A stretch of DNA of 63,310 nucleotides, counting the filler, from Asterionella formosa (taxonomy: Eukaryota): NCBI GenBank assembly GCA_002256025.1. It is 14 parts of 14 records of this genome, joined end to end, with 100 filler letters (N's around TTAATTAATTAA, not from the genome) between each part and the next. Parts side by side here need not be neighbours in the genome. Positions count along the whole stretch, not along the records: positions 46,487 to 63,310 come from NKIB01004723.1; 13 more parts are not named here. One strand, written 5' to 3'. Each line of letters opens with the position of its first letter. Position 1 is the first letter of the stretch. A model generated the notes under the pieces. The model was not told the origin of the DNA. It saw only the letters and a list, made by a program, of their open reading frames with translations, and ran no database searches. A program made the translations under genes and the position numbers. Shown piece after piece: positions 49,624 through 61,771 of the stretch.

Positions 49624-50683
49624 CCCAGATTAGGTACCGGTACCTGGAAGGCCCGGTTGCGCACATTTTATGTGCACATATTCAGTTTCGACTACCAATG
49701 ACTCGTCCCATGCCTACCAGATGAGATTGGCTGGCTTTCCATTCCAAGCTCTCTTAAGTAAATTTCTATAATGCTAATTCATCAATCATTAAATCCAAGT
49801 CATGCTCTGATCATCGAAATCGTGTTCAGCCACCTACTACTACTGGTAATGGTATTCAGCAATTGGAAGACGGTTTACTAATGGAATTCACCAATCAGTA
49901 ACTTCTAGTCGTAGTCAGCAATTTCTAGTCATTGTCAGCACATGCATTCCAGTCGTTTTCAGCAACTTCTAGTCATTGTCAGCAGATTTCTAATCATATG
50001 TAGTCACCAACTGGATCAGTAATCATAAACAAACGAGTCATTTTGAAAATGTCAATGAATTATAAATTTTTATTGTTATATAGAGAGAATCAACAAAAAT
50101 TGGTATGATCTACAGATCAATGTAGTGTAGAATGTCGCATATTGTGAAAGTGTTAAATCTTGTCGTAACTTCATCGTTTTGAATCGTGCATCCTTTAAAG
50201 TGCATGACGAAATGCGTCATCAGCAACTTCAATTTTCGTTGTCAATATTATTTGATTGTAGTGTGTTGTATACTGTGTAGTTACGGTGTGATGGAAACGG
50301 TCTGTCTGGATCGGATTTGGGTGTATGAACATCATCAATGCCTTAATCAATTTAATGATGCTGTTGGGTGGATGTCAGTCATTTTGGTCTATCTCCATGA
50401 GTTTCTTGTCAATTTCTGTGGTTCTTGCAACTGCTTGTAGTGTGTTGTATAGTACTGTGCCAGTATTGATAATTAATTCTACCCCCAGTACTACCATTTT
50501 TTGTCGTAGTGAAAGCTAGTGCACTAGTTAACTATCATGATGCATGTACAAAGCATGCACTGTGTGTGAGTGGGCGGTGCCACCGTTGCTGGTACCTGGT
50601 ACCAGGTACCGGTACCTCGTGTCACCAGGGGCGATGCTGTTACAATGCATGAAGTACCCTGGTACCGGTTACTACGGTATGTA

Positions 50684-50779
50684 CCAGCAAGTTGCGGTAA
50701 TTTTGCTTAAACTAACAATTTAATATGGGATAAAGAAAGCTAAACTTTTAGTTTCAGCAAAATTAACGCAACTTGCAGG
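50684..50779. mobile_element. Complete 96-bp MITE with TA target duplication and CCAG.../...CAGG ends
   Basis: TA|CCAGCAAGTTGCGGTAATTTTGCT...AGCAAAATTAACGCAACTTGCAGG|TA, a 24-bp TIR with 2 mismatches. Other copies lie at 31275-31936. Confidence 0.85.
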
Positions 50780-52261
50780 TACCAGCACCTGGTGTTGCCG
50801 GATTTTGCTAGCTTCGTTATGTGTGATGCTGATTCAACTGGTCTGGTGTTTATACCGGGTAAGAAGCAGGCAATGAAATAACAAGGTACAGTATATTGAA
50901 AATGAAATTTGAATTTAATATAGTAAGTATTTATGTTATTATTTAGTAGTATATGCATTTATCTAGCTTAACACGGCTGTAGTTGTGGATGCCCACCACC
51001 ACTGCAACCTTTCAACATTTGGTTGACGAGAATGTGAGTAACAGTCTTATCCTGACCATATGTCTCATAGATTTAATACAGGGCTACTACATGTGCCATG
51101 TACCCACTCAAACTAGCTAGAGTTGCTACTGCATCCCAGACAACCTTGCGCTGCCAATAGTAGATGCATATTTCCTCATCCTGCTCCCTGCCTGCCCTGC
51201 TGCTTGTAAATAGTAGCCTTTCTGGTCTTTTGTTCTGTGATTCCAACTTCCCATTCTTACCAAAGCACAAATATAATTTTGGTGTCTTGGAAGATTACTT
51301 TCATTATCAGGATCCACATCCATGTTTGCTTGTTTGTCCGCAATACCTGCTTGATTGTTGGTTTGTTGGTTCCTAGAGCAAGCTGTGTGACGTGGACCTA
51401 TGGTAGATTGCTTGGCTGGGTAGCCTACACATGTGGCTATTTAAATAGTTACAAAAAACATAGCAAATGTTGGCTATTCCACAAGCTCTACTAAAGTAGA
51501 ACTTCAGCTAGCTAAATCCCCAATGTCTTGCGCATCATCATGGGTACTCTGGCTAGGTGACCAGAAAGGTTCACAATGACATACAGGGCTCACATCATCA
51601 TTTTTCCAAGCCCAGCTCAACCAAGCGATCAAAAATAGTTTTAAAAAACTTTTTAGCTCACTTGTTTTAATCGTTCAACTTTGTTACTTCTGAACTTGTT
51701 TAGGATGGAAGAAGTGGCTGGTGTGAGCAAGCGAATTGGAATTGGAATTGGAACTGGGACTGGAACTGCAGTTTCTCGTCTCCTTCCCATGATGAGGGAA
51801 GTAGAGCGAGTCGAAAGCAGGAAGGAACGAACGAGACGAGACGAGACGAGCAATTCAATTGACGAAAACTTACATTATTTGTTTGGCAAAAAACACTGTT
51901 CGTCGTATTCTATGAGCAAAACCGTGGCAAAGCAAAAATTGAATAGAGTCAAGGCAAGCAAAAGGCAACCACATCAAATCGAAACGGCCACGATTCAAGT
52001 TGATATATATGGACAATGTACAATAAATAGCTCGAAATACTTCAGTCTAATAGGCTCCCCTATTTTATTTCTGCTATATCTATACTGTACTAACCGGTAT
52101 GGCATTGAACTTTAGGTCTCTTCTCCAGATTGGCTATGACTGATGATATTTTTGGACTGCTTGTAGATATGTATACGTCATATACATACATCTTTCTACC
52201 GTTTACATATTGACAGTATATGGTATTTATTTATTGGCACATAGACCATCATATTCTATAT

Positions 52262-52394
52262 CAGGTACCTGGTACCGGTACCTGATACCAGGCACATGGT
52301 ATCAGCCTACCCACGGTACCTGGTACCAGGTACCGGTAACTGAATTTGTGTGCAGCGATATACATACTGGTACCTGGTACCTGGTACCAGTACC
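52262..52394. repeat. Dense cluster of chained TA-CC(W)GG-TA units
   Basis: GGTACCTGGTACCGGTACC..., GGTACCTGGTACCAGGTACCGGTA and TACTGGTACCTGGTACCTGGTACCAGTA all occur within ~130 bp. Confidence 0.85.
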
Positions 52395-53381
52395 TTCCTT
52401 TGCGTCGTCATTCTTGCTTTATGACATGTGTATTTTAGTGCCGATGCAAGAAAAACAGTGCCGTCATGGTGGGCGATCTGTTCAAATGCATCTTCACAAA
52501 TCATCGTGATCAGTAGTCTAATAATACCGGTAATAATAATGAGAATATTATTTCCGGTACACTTTTGCACTTTTGTTCATAAAATAAATAAAAAACCTAT
52601 AAAATGTAAAGTACAAACAAACCATCTACATGCGAAATCTTGATGCTTTTTTAAATATCGCATCTAACGCTTGTCTTATACACAGGAAATTTCAGAGAAC
52701 GATATTCGTCATTCTACTGATTTTGTCGACATTGGTGGGAAGCCACTTATCAAAAAAGTGTGAGGGAAGAAAGTTCAGTTTCAAATGGTCTCACTGATCA
52801 ATGGACTGATGATTTACTTGGTTATCATAAGGAAATCTACACTGGACTTTCACAAAAGAATCGATCTGAATATGGAAGGAATCCTAGTGGAATTGCTCCT
52901 TCCACAACAAATATCATCTACCCCCACTCATACTTCTCATTTACCGACGTAAGTAAAGAGAGGATATGCATCAATATGTTGAACCACTTCAACCAAATGT
53001 TCCTGAGAAGAATATTGATTAAAATGAACGCATTAATCAATGGGACATTGATGACGACGTTGATTTTGAATGGATCTAATAGAATCCAATGCATACTTAG
53101 TAGTTACATAATAAATATAGTTAATGTGAGACTTCTACAATGCACAAACCATATCATAGATGTTAGGAAAACATGGATGCTGCTCTATACTACTAGTAGT
53201 GGCGCCTGTACTGTATGTAGCGGTATGCTTCCATTTTTACTACTATGGAGGTGGAGTGATCATTTCATGACTCTGTATTGTTCAGCACAGCATGATCGGA
53301 GTGCTGGACAAATTATTATTAATAATTCATTTTCACTCTATCCTGTTCATATCCTGACTTTGTCATCATTTGAAATTTGCA

Positions 53382-56300
53382 ATGTCTTTGCGGACATTGC
53401 AATGGTGTTATCTGTGTAACTACAAATTTCGGAAGAACAAATCCCCATCTCAGGAGTCTCACAACCGAAATTGTAGCAACCGTTTTTTATGCATATGGTC
53501 ACAGTCGACATTGCATGCAAGAACATCGAGTTATAATGAAACTATGTATTGCGGTAGTGCATCGAATCATTCAAGCAAAGAAGTTAATGGCAGTGTAACT
53601 GCTGCAGCATTTAGGGAGAGTATACAACAAGAAGAGATTATGTGTCCTATCCTTGAATCAAGTGGCCACAATCATCCATTTCAAGACGAAAGCGACGATT
53701 CAGTTTATAACAATATTCAGTCACAACAAGACGAACAATTGAGACTAAAAACTCTCCAAGGATTGAATTCAGAGACCATGCAATATTCAGATTTCCAAGA
53801 TCACACCGGCTTTCTCCCTGAAGATGCAATGGAAATGCCCCTTCCTTCTCAATTTCAACTTCCAAGTGAACATTTCCTAAACATGCATCCAATCGAATTA
53901 GAACTCATGTTAATCCTTAACGAGAAGTATCTTCCACCAGCTTACTTTGATCATCTAATGAAATGGCTGTTCAAGGCCAAAGCAATGAAATATTTGATGG
54001 AAGGTATCAAGCTCCATCCTACCAGACTTTGGAAAAACGCATGGATATTAAATTTCCACCAACATTAGCTGGTGGTCAACTGTTGACCAAAAAATACACA
54101 TTGATAACAATTCAAACATGATCATCCCACTCACAATCCATTATTTCGAACCAGTACAGCTCATGGCAGGATTGTTATGTGATTCCCATGATATCATGCA
54201 ACATTTTGTTTGTCACCCACAAATGAAACTTACAACTTCTGGAGAACGCATGTATGACGAAGTAATTTCCGCGACTTGGTTTGAAAATGCATTTAACAAT
54301 TCTCCTGCATCAGAAAATGGAGTGTTGAAGACAGGGTGTTTATTTGTTGCCCTAGCAGTTTTCAGTGATGGTTCACCTATTGATAAACAAATGCTACATT
54401 CTGAGCATCCGTTTTTGTTGACAATGTTAAACTTAATGTTAGAAGGAGGGATTGTAGAAAGTTGATGGATGGCAATTTGTATCTCTTTTGCCAGACACTG
54501 AAGCAGGTCAGTGATCTGGAGTAACAAATGAATAATAAGTTATCTGGTGACGACTTGTCCTTATGTAGACTCAAATTATATCACTCTGTTACAGGATTTC
54601 TATTGTCGCCTTTCGAAGAGCGATCCAAACAAGTCATACGATATTTGGGTTCATGGTCTTGGTATGACAAAAGTTTATTTCCAAGTTGGAATGATCATTG
54701 GTGATACAGAAGAACACAATAAAATTTGTGGCTTCAGGGGTGGTAATGGATTATATCGACGATATGTTTGTCGTGATTGCCTGGTTTCAACTGAGGATGC
54801 TGATAATTCTGATATTGGATGTGAACGTCGTAAAGTGTCAGATGTTAAAATGTTTTAAACAAGTTTCTTGACAAAAATGCATATCCCGATGGAAAATTGC
54901 CATGTATCCCACCTGAGTATTGTGTCTCCCAATCTAATGGCAAATACGCAACAGCAAACGAGTGGTGCCATGTTATATCGCATAATCCTATCATGCCTGC
55001 ACTAATAAATCATTTTTTTGGTGGTGACTTAGAAGGATTATTTGGTGCAACTCCATTTGAGGTTCTTCATCAATTACTACTTGGAATATTTAAGTACATT
55101 TTGGAATCATTGTACAATTATCGGACTATCCCTGAAGAATGGACATGTTCTTTTAAAGAAAGAAAATCTCCAGATATTCCAGAAAACATCTCCAATCATA
55201 TACGTAACACTGAAACAACTGACTCTGCTTTTCTTGATCAAGAGCAACCGAAGAAACGGGCAAAGACCGAAAAGGACACACGCACCAGTTATCAAAAATA
55301 TCTACACTGGCAAAAATCAAGACCCAACACTTGTAACAGCACCAGAAATGCATGTATTTTCGAAACTATACTTCGAACAAAGTGCTAGATATATCAATAG
55401 TCATTTGGAAAGCAAGGCAAAGCGGTCGTGATATTCCGAAATTGTCATACAGATCTGGGATGACATCTTTGTCGAAAATGTCAGGGCAAGGCAAGAAATT
55501 CCCGAATTATGTCTGTTAACTATTTTTTCAATGGGTGGAATGATGGGTTCAGAGAACATGCACCTAGAAAAGGATTTCACATTGCTGTTATGGTTATGTA
55601 TATTTATCAATGACACTTTATTCATACCGCAGTATACATCAACATGTATTGATATTTTAGAGGAAAGGGTTAAGAGATAGATTTTGTCAGTTACTAAGAT
55701 TATGATTGGTCCCCAACAGGAAATGATATCTCAAATCGGCTTACGAACGGCAAAATTTCATGGAATGAAACATTACCTCATCTAATTAGGAAGTTCGGAT
55801 CTCCTCTTAATTTCTTTGGTGGATGTTTGGAGTCTTTTTTGAAAGACAAATTGAAACGATCAATTCAGTAAGCGTGTCAATGGACAGAAAATTACATCGA
55901 TTAAAGCATGACATTATAACAAGGTCATATGAAACAAGACAGTTTTCCTTGGCACGAAAAATTGTTTTTGCAAGTGATACATTACAAACAGAAAACAAAC
56001 AAAAAGAAGATGAGTAAAGTAGTACATATGAATGTAACTGAGGGTATTTCAACAGAAATTGATTTCGAGGGAATGATTCAGGATGCAAGGATTTTGCCTA
56101 GTACGTCGCCTGATAATTTGGGAATATCGCCTACCAAGATGCATTCACCATCCCTTCCTGTTAAAGTTCAATTCTCTGAAAAAACCAACTGAAATGAAAA
56201 TTCATAAATGTATGTTTTTTGCAAGAGCGAGGAGACACCTTAATTGAGCGTTGTTGAATTTCATAACATACTTTTGGCAGCATTTGTTGTTCCTGCTTTG

Positions 56301-56445
56301 AAACCACAGGAATCAAGGAAATCTCTGAAAACGCAAGAAGTTTTGGAACAGATACGGAAATATAATTTTTATGTTGCCATGCCTCCACGTCATTTATGGA
56401 AAAAATCAATCGGTTGGGACCAAAAACTAACAAGCGAACGTTGAT
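53382..56445 (+). pseudogene. Decayed Plavaka-type (CACTA/EnSpm-related) transposase gene, multiple frameshifts and stops
   Basis: N-terminal CYLC...H...C finger, then ALAVFSDGSPIDKQMLHSEHPFLLTMLNL, FQVGMIIGDTEEHNKICG...CRDC, GLFGATPFEVLHQLLLGIFKY and GLRTAKFHGMKHY/IRKFGSPLNFFGGCLESFLK. The motifs are spread over ORFs 53370, 54118, 54547, 54897 and later fragments. Confidence 0.75.
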
Positions 56446-56661
56446 AAATACAGAAGAAAAATATAAATAAAAGTGATAATATAGTTTCACATACTAGTTA
56501 AGTTATTAGAAGGTTTTCACAAACTAAAATGTCCTAAGGAATGATGAAATTGGATGATCCCAATGGTCCATGCATTATTTGTTCTTTTTCACTCCCAAAG
56601 AACCTAAGATGGTCATTCTCGTTTCGTCCGAAATTTTTCTTCTCCACTTTTCAACTGCAGT

Positions 56662-58588
56662 TCAATATGAGTCTGTAAACTTTTTCAATTTGATCCCAGA
56701 AAAAGAGCTATCATCAGTTTCAAAATATTTTTTCAAATTTTTGTCAATTTTGATGCATCCAGAAATTTGGTCAAGAGGTGCATGATTATACCACTTGAAG
56801 GGAGCAACTTTTTCTTTTATTTGTTGGATCATGGATTTCACGTTGATAACATCATCCTTCTTGAAAGATGAATTGCAAGGAAATCGTCCAAATACTTCGT
56901 TCAACATTTTTAAATCTAAATATGAGCTCAAAATTTTGTCGATACAAAATTGAAGAACAGTTATTTCCAACTGAAACATATCCTCACGAATGTTGGTCGT
57001 TGTCACTTGAGGCCAAACTGTTCCAAGACGAAAGTATGTTGACTTTGTTATTGGGTCAGATGTAACAGATAACAAATCGTCTGTTCGATCAGTTGCTACC
57101 ACCTGACGTTTTAAAACTTTCCATGGTGCCAGTATAGAAAGATTCCGATAAACCAATTCTTCAGGTGTATGGTATTCTTGTGGGAGATATCCTGTATCGG
57201 TGCATAACAATTCCAATTGTTTCGTGCATCCAGGGATAATGAAGCACTTACGGGCAAGGTGAAATACTTGATCATAATGTTCATCCAAACTTGCATCTTT
57301 TCCTGGATCACGGACTTGACATAATCCATCATTTATAGCAAAAAGATAATGCACAAAATGGTTGTTTTCCTCCTCATCTGATCTTTTACAATAAAAAATT
57401 AGCAAATAGCAAGTTACTGTCTGTCATGATGAAGTAGAGAACAATCATCTTGGTATATATGCGGTTTGTCATTACCCTTTTCTGGGTTCTCATCCAGATC
57501 AAATATTGTAAAACCTTTTCATCAGTTGGATGAAGTTCATGAATTATATCATGGATCATGGAGCAAGGTAATTGTTTCAAGGTCCCAATATGCAAGATCT
57601 TTAAAATCTGAAGATGATTTTTTGATACCTTTGACTCCATAAAATACAGGGGCGTAACTGCATATTTCTTGTGGGGTACGTGTGTACAAATACTTCCACA
57701 ATTTTAGTTGTCCATGCGTTTTCGGCAAACTCAAGGAAATTCAGTTTGCTTTGGCATAATAACTCTACACATTTCACATGCTGACTTGTCACAAAAGTAG
57801 CTGCCTTCGGGATTGTTCTCGATGATTTTACAGAGAAATTCTTTTTCGTCCATGAATGATTTGGAAAAATATTCAATTTTTTTCTTCAAACTTCGTTCCC
57901 GACTCACTGCATCCACTGCCTTAGCCAGCATGGTCATAACATCTCTGTCTGCATTGATCTTCTTGAATTCGAGGTCTTGATCTATCTCGCTCAGACTTTT
58001 TCTTGAAATATAATTTCTTTAAGAAATGCAATAATGTCTCTGCTTTCATGATGTTTATCTTGATGTGCGTTCTGGACGACTAGTGAGACATATTTCTTGG
58101 TTTTGCAACTTTTCAACCATTTCTACTTCAGAAGTGATGTCTCCCACATTTCTGCCGGTATTTTCATTCATCGCATGAATTTTTTCATCAAATGAATGAG
58201 AATCACTGAGTTCTTCTTCATTATCAGCGATTTCAGGAGAATGAGGAGCAAAATATGACACTGGATGGAACTGTGACTCTGTAGGAATAGAGTCTTCATC
58301 CGATACACGAAGATCAACTGTTTGGTTTTCCTCGCTCTTCGAAAGCAATCTTTCCTTCTTTTCAATCTCTGCCACTATTGTATCGGAATACTTCATTTTT
58401 CTTTCTGGAGTATTATGAATCTGTTCAAATTCATTTGTTATTTGAGTGTATTCAAAGGAATCTTCGATTGATTTCATAAGTTTCTTCATCTTCTTTTCCG
58501 AAAACATAAAGTCGTGTAGTGTATACAATGGAAGTAAGTCACGTTTCTTGTTTGACTCGTCCTTTGCATGAAATCCATGAAATGCCAT
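56662..58588 (-). pseudogene. Fragmented second gene converging on the Plavaka transposase; C-terminal part resembles a degenerate Ulp1/C48 cysteine protease
   Basis: A chain of same-strand ORFs (58055..58588, 57731..57937, 57549..57734, 56662..57405) with charged coiled-coil-like text and a CDKSACEMC Cys cluster. It then gives NHFVHYLF...VRDP...WPQ...DMFQLEITVLQF, in the H..D..Q..(C) order of C48 proteases, but with no Cys at the expected site. Confidence 0.45.
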
Positions 58589-58659
58589 TTAGAAAGCAAG
58601 TTGTCAAAGGGCCAGAAGACTATGATGTAAAACAGTGGAAGGGAAACGCAGAGCTTTTA

Positions 58660-59820
58660 GCGCCACTTGTGGAGGTGCAGCTGGTGTGATGGTAACCGAG
58701 TGTAGTAATTGTTGAACAGAGCACAGCAGTGTAATATGCATGTTCCACCAGCGTAGTGTTTACACAATACACATGCCGGTATCAATACAGCTATAACAGG
58801 GAAAAACGACATGACAATGAACATGATGGCTGGTTGTTGAGGATACCGGTATGTGATATGCATCAATCTAGCTATATCACAAATCATATTATAGTGCTGT
58901 ACATATCAACGCATCCGTATACTTAGATCCTATCCACCGTATAATACTATCAAATTAACCGTTGGCTTTTACTGTATACATTAAAAGTCGAATTTATATA
59001 TTAAGTAACATAATTATGATTTATTTATTTATTTTCGATAACACTTGCGTACATATTTTATCGAATTTTATTGTCATTGTATTATTTTAACATGATCATA
59101 TTTTGATCAAAATTATATAATAAACATTTTAAGAAATCATCATAGTTCTATGATCAATGCATCATAGCTATGTGATATACTTTATTCAATATTACGTATC
59201 ATACTTTGGTGATGTATGAATCGATGTAACCCTATCGTGATATCACATTATCATCTTATCAATCATGATGAGATTGGGAACTGTAGTATTCTGCATCACA
59301 CTACGGAGTATGATATTATAACACGCACTTTAGTAGCTAAGTCACTCCTGTATTGTACACAAGTCGACAGTGCACGAACACACGAAAACACATATTAATC
59401 AGGTTTGAGGCAATGGACAGTGGTTCCAACGAGCGAATGATGATACCACGGGTACCAATTTTTCCAGCGGCAAATCGCAATGATGAAGGACACTTGTCCC
59501 TCTATTGATGAGGATGACACGGACACCGACTTTTCCAGAAGCAAACAACAATGAAGAGACGCTCTTGTCTCTCTATTGATGGTAACAAAGGCAGATGCGG
59601 AAAAAATCAACAGTGAATACAAGAACAACATACCAATGAAAACAAGTCGGCAGTGTGTGTACGCACACGCCAAGCAGGTTTGAGGCAACGGACAGTTCCA
59701 ACAAGCAAATGACGATACAGATATCAAATATTTCCTACGAGCAAACAACAATGAAGAGAGCCACTTGCTTTCGCTCTCTTGATGGTATCAAAGATGCAGA
59801 CAAGTTCAATAGTAAATACA
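58660..59820. repeat. Dispersed repeat (inverted homolog of 19250-20296), with internal tandem units
   Basis: Collinear reverse-complement similarity. CAGGTTTGAGGCAA.GGACAGT and AGCAAACAACAATGAAGAGA each occur twice. Confidence 0.85.
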
Positions 59821-60179
59821 AGTAAAGCATGCCAAATGCAGAAACGAGCGACATGAAAAAGAAATTGTAATCAGAATCATTCTATTACTATAGCTATGTG
59901 GACAGTAGTCTGTTACGCACATTTTCGTATCTCCTTCTATGCTGAATCTCAATAGTAGATGTTGTATCATGTGAGAATTGAAAATGTCAACGAGAACAAG
60001 TAGAATGTGGTCGACGAAACAGATAAACGGATTTATAATGTGCGCTGTGTGCAGAACAGTTACGAGTTCGAATGATTTCTTCTATGAAAGCGGTAGTGAT
60101 GATGAATAAGTTTAATAAATAAAGTTAATCTAAGACTTTAAACATTATTCTAAGACTTATATGCAAATAAGGCATGTAC

Positions 60180-60530
60180 TAGACCGAAGCAACTTGATTC
60201 TAGCTGACTTTACTGGCATGAAATTTCTATAGTAAAACAATCATTTTGGAGTATTAGTATCCTTTCACCATTCTCGTCATAACCAAAATTATCTTTCAAC
60301 CTGGGAAACAGCCCCTGAAGATACCTCTTTCCCCATTCAGACAACTGTCTGACTGATGTTGCTTGAAATTTTAAGTCAAATCTTTGACGAGGGTTACCAT
60401 TCTTTTTAACATTGTTTTGGTGTGATTTGATCATTGCATGTGACGTCTTTAATGTAAATGCAGAGTCTACAACAATTTTCTTACCCATTGCACTGTAAAC
60501 AGTTTCAATTTGGTCTTGTAATATACACCA
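60180..60530 (-). pseudogene. PIF/Harbinger (DDE_Tnp_4-type) transposase C-terminal remnant
   Basis: GKKIVVDSAF...IKSHQN...ATSVRQLSEWGKRYLQGLFPRLKD, containing the second catalytic D (DSAF) and the E (RQxxEWG) motifs. Confidence 0.78.
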
Positions 60531-60778
60531 TTCAATTCGGAATAATTTTTTAATAGGAGGGGCTAGTGTTACCAGGGATCTATCAGAACTTGCACTTCAT
60601 GAAAGCTTACACGGTAGAGTTTGATTGCAACTACCGGTACACACATACCAGAACCGTGGGAGTAGTCTATTGTTACAAGTCCAGCGATGATACTGGGCAT
60701 ACAGGAAGATAGTTACGAGTACCCATTTGAAAAAGTTCTGGGAAAAACCCAACATGTCGTATTTAATCGATTAATATA

Positions 60779-61771
60779 CTATAAAAGCTCAGCTTCAAAA
60801 TCGTTCATGAAATTTGTAAGGTCATCTTCAAGTGACGATAGATCTGATTCTACCGTCACAACCGATTCGTGCTCCATTGGAAGTGGCTCGTCATCGAAGA
60901 AATCAAACGATGAGAAGGAAACATCAGGGGCAACATATTGCTCTCCAGTTATGGATCGAATATCTACACAGTTTGGAATGCTAACAGATAACTGGGTCAT
61001 AGATGGCAAAGTAGGGACGGAGAAGACTTGCTGTTGCAACATCATGATGTGCTGCTGTTGTTGTTGAATCATGCTGGGAAGTCCCATCAAGCTTTGCATT
61101 TGTTGCTGGCTCATGAGGGCCTGATGTTGTAGCATCAACTGTTGATGAAGCAATTGGTTTCGCATTCGACTTGCAGACATCATGGAAGCGAGCGAGGGGT
61201 GGGTGGCACTCTGTATCTTAGCAGACATTATTCCCTTGGGAACCTTTGACTCATCATTTTTTCGACTCTTCATCCATACTTCAAGTTCCGCCTTGTAACG
61301 GACTTTCTCGACATCAGCTTGTGTTTCATACGTAGAACGTGAGAATTTATCGATCAACTTCCATTGGTCTGCGATACTTCGGGCAAGATCTGCAAAACCA
61401 ATTTTTCCATGCGTCTTGCGATGACGTCGTCGTCTCATCTCTTCGGTGAGACCGTCGCTGACATCAACCGTCGCCATATCATCGGAGATTGAGGAAAGAA
61501 TTCGCTCCCGCTCTTCCTTGAAGAACAAGTTGTAAGCGGAAAGCGGGCGCTTGGGCTTGTCAAAAGGCTTCTTCCAAGTGCGCTTCTTCTGAGCTTTGAC
61601 CCCCTTATGCGCCAAAGGTTTAGTTGAGAAGTCGAGACTAACAGTCTCATAAGGCATAGAAATGTTATCCGGGAAAGTGAATGGCTTCACTCTGTTGTTA
61701 TTCAGGAAACTGTAACCGTCGTCGGAAGCTATGCTTTGGGCTTCTTCAAGGATGACAATGAGTTTCTCCAT
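60779..61771 (-). CDS. HMG-box DNA-binding protein (diatom type) with Gln-rich and acidic C-terminus, 330 aa
   Basis: DKPKRPLSAYNLFFKEERERIL...HRKTHGKIGFADLARSIADQWK...YETQADVEKVRYKAELEVW, followed by a Q/M-rich tract. The gene has no intron. Confidence 0.93.
   Translation of the reverse strand: MEKLIVILEEAQSIASDDGYSFLNNNRVKPFTFPDNISMPYETVSLDFSTKPLAHKGVKAQKKRTWKKPFDKPKRPLSAYNLFFKEERERILSSISDDMATVDVSDGLTEEMRRRRHRKTHGKIGFADLARSIADQWKLIDKFSRSTYETQADVEKVRYKAELEVWMKSRKNDESKVPKGIMSAKIQSATHPSLASMMSASRMRNQLLHQQLMLQHQALMSQQQMQSLMGLPSMIQQQQQHIMMLQQQVFSVPTLPSMTQLSVSIPNCVDIRSITGEQYVAPDVSFSSFDFFDDEPLPMEHESVVTVESDLSSLEDDLTNFMNDFEAELL

Noticed and set aside
52210..52570. ORFs with repeated GTWYQVPV / VPGTRY peptides (also 31634-32141 and 2333-2560)
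   Set aside because: The peptide repeats are simply translations of the palindromic footprint units, not a protein family.
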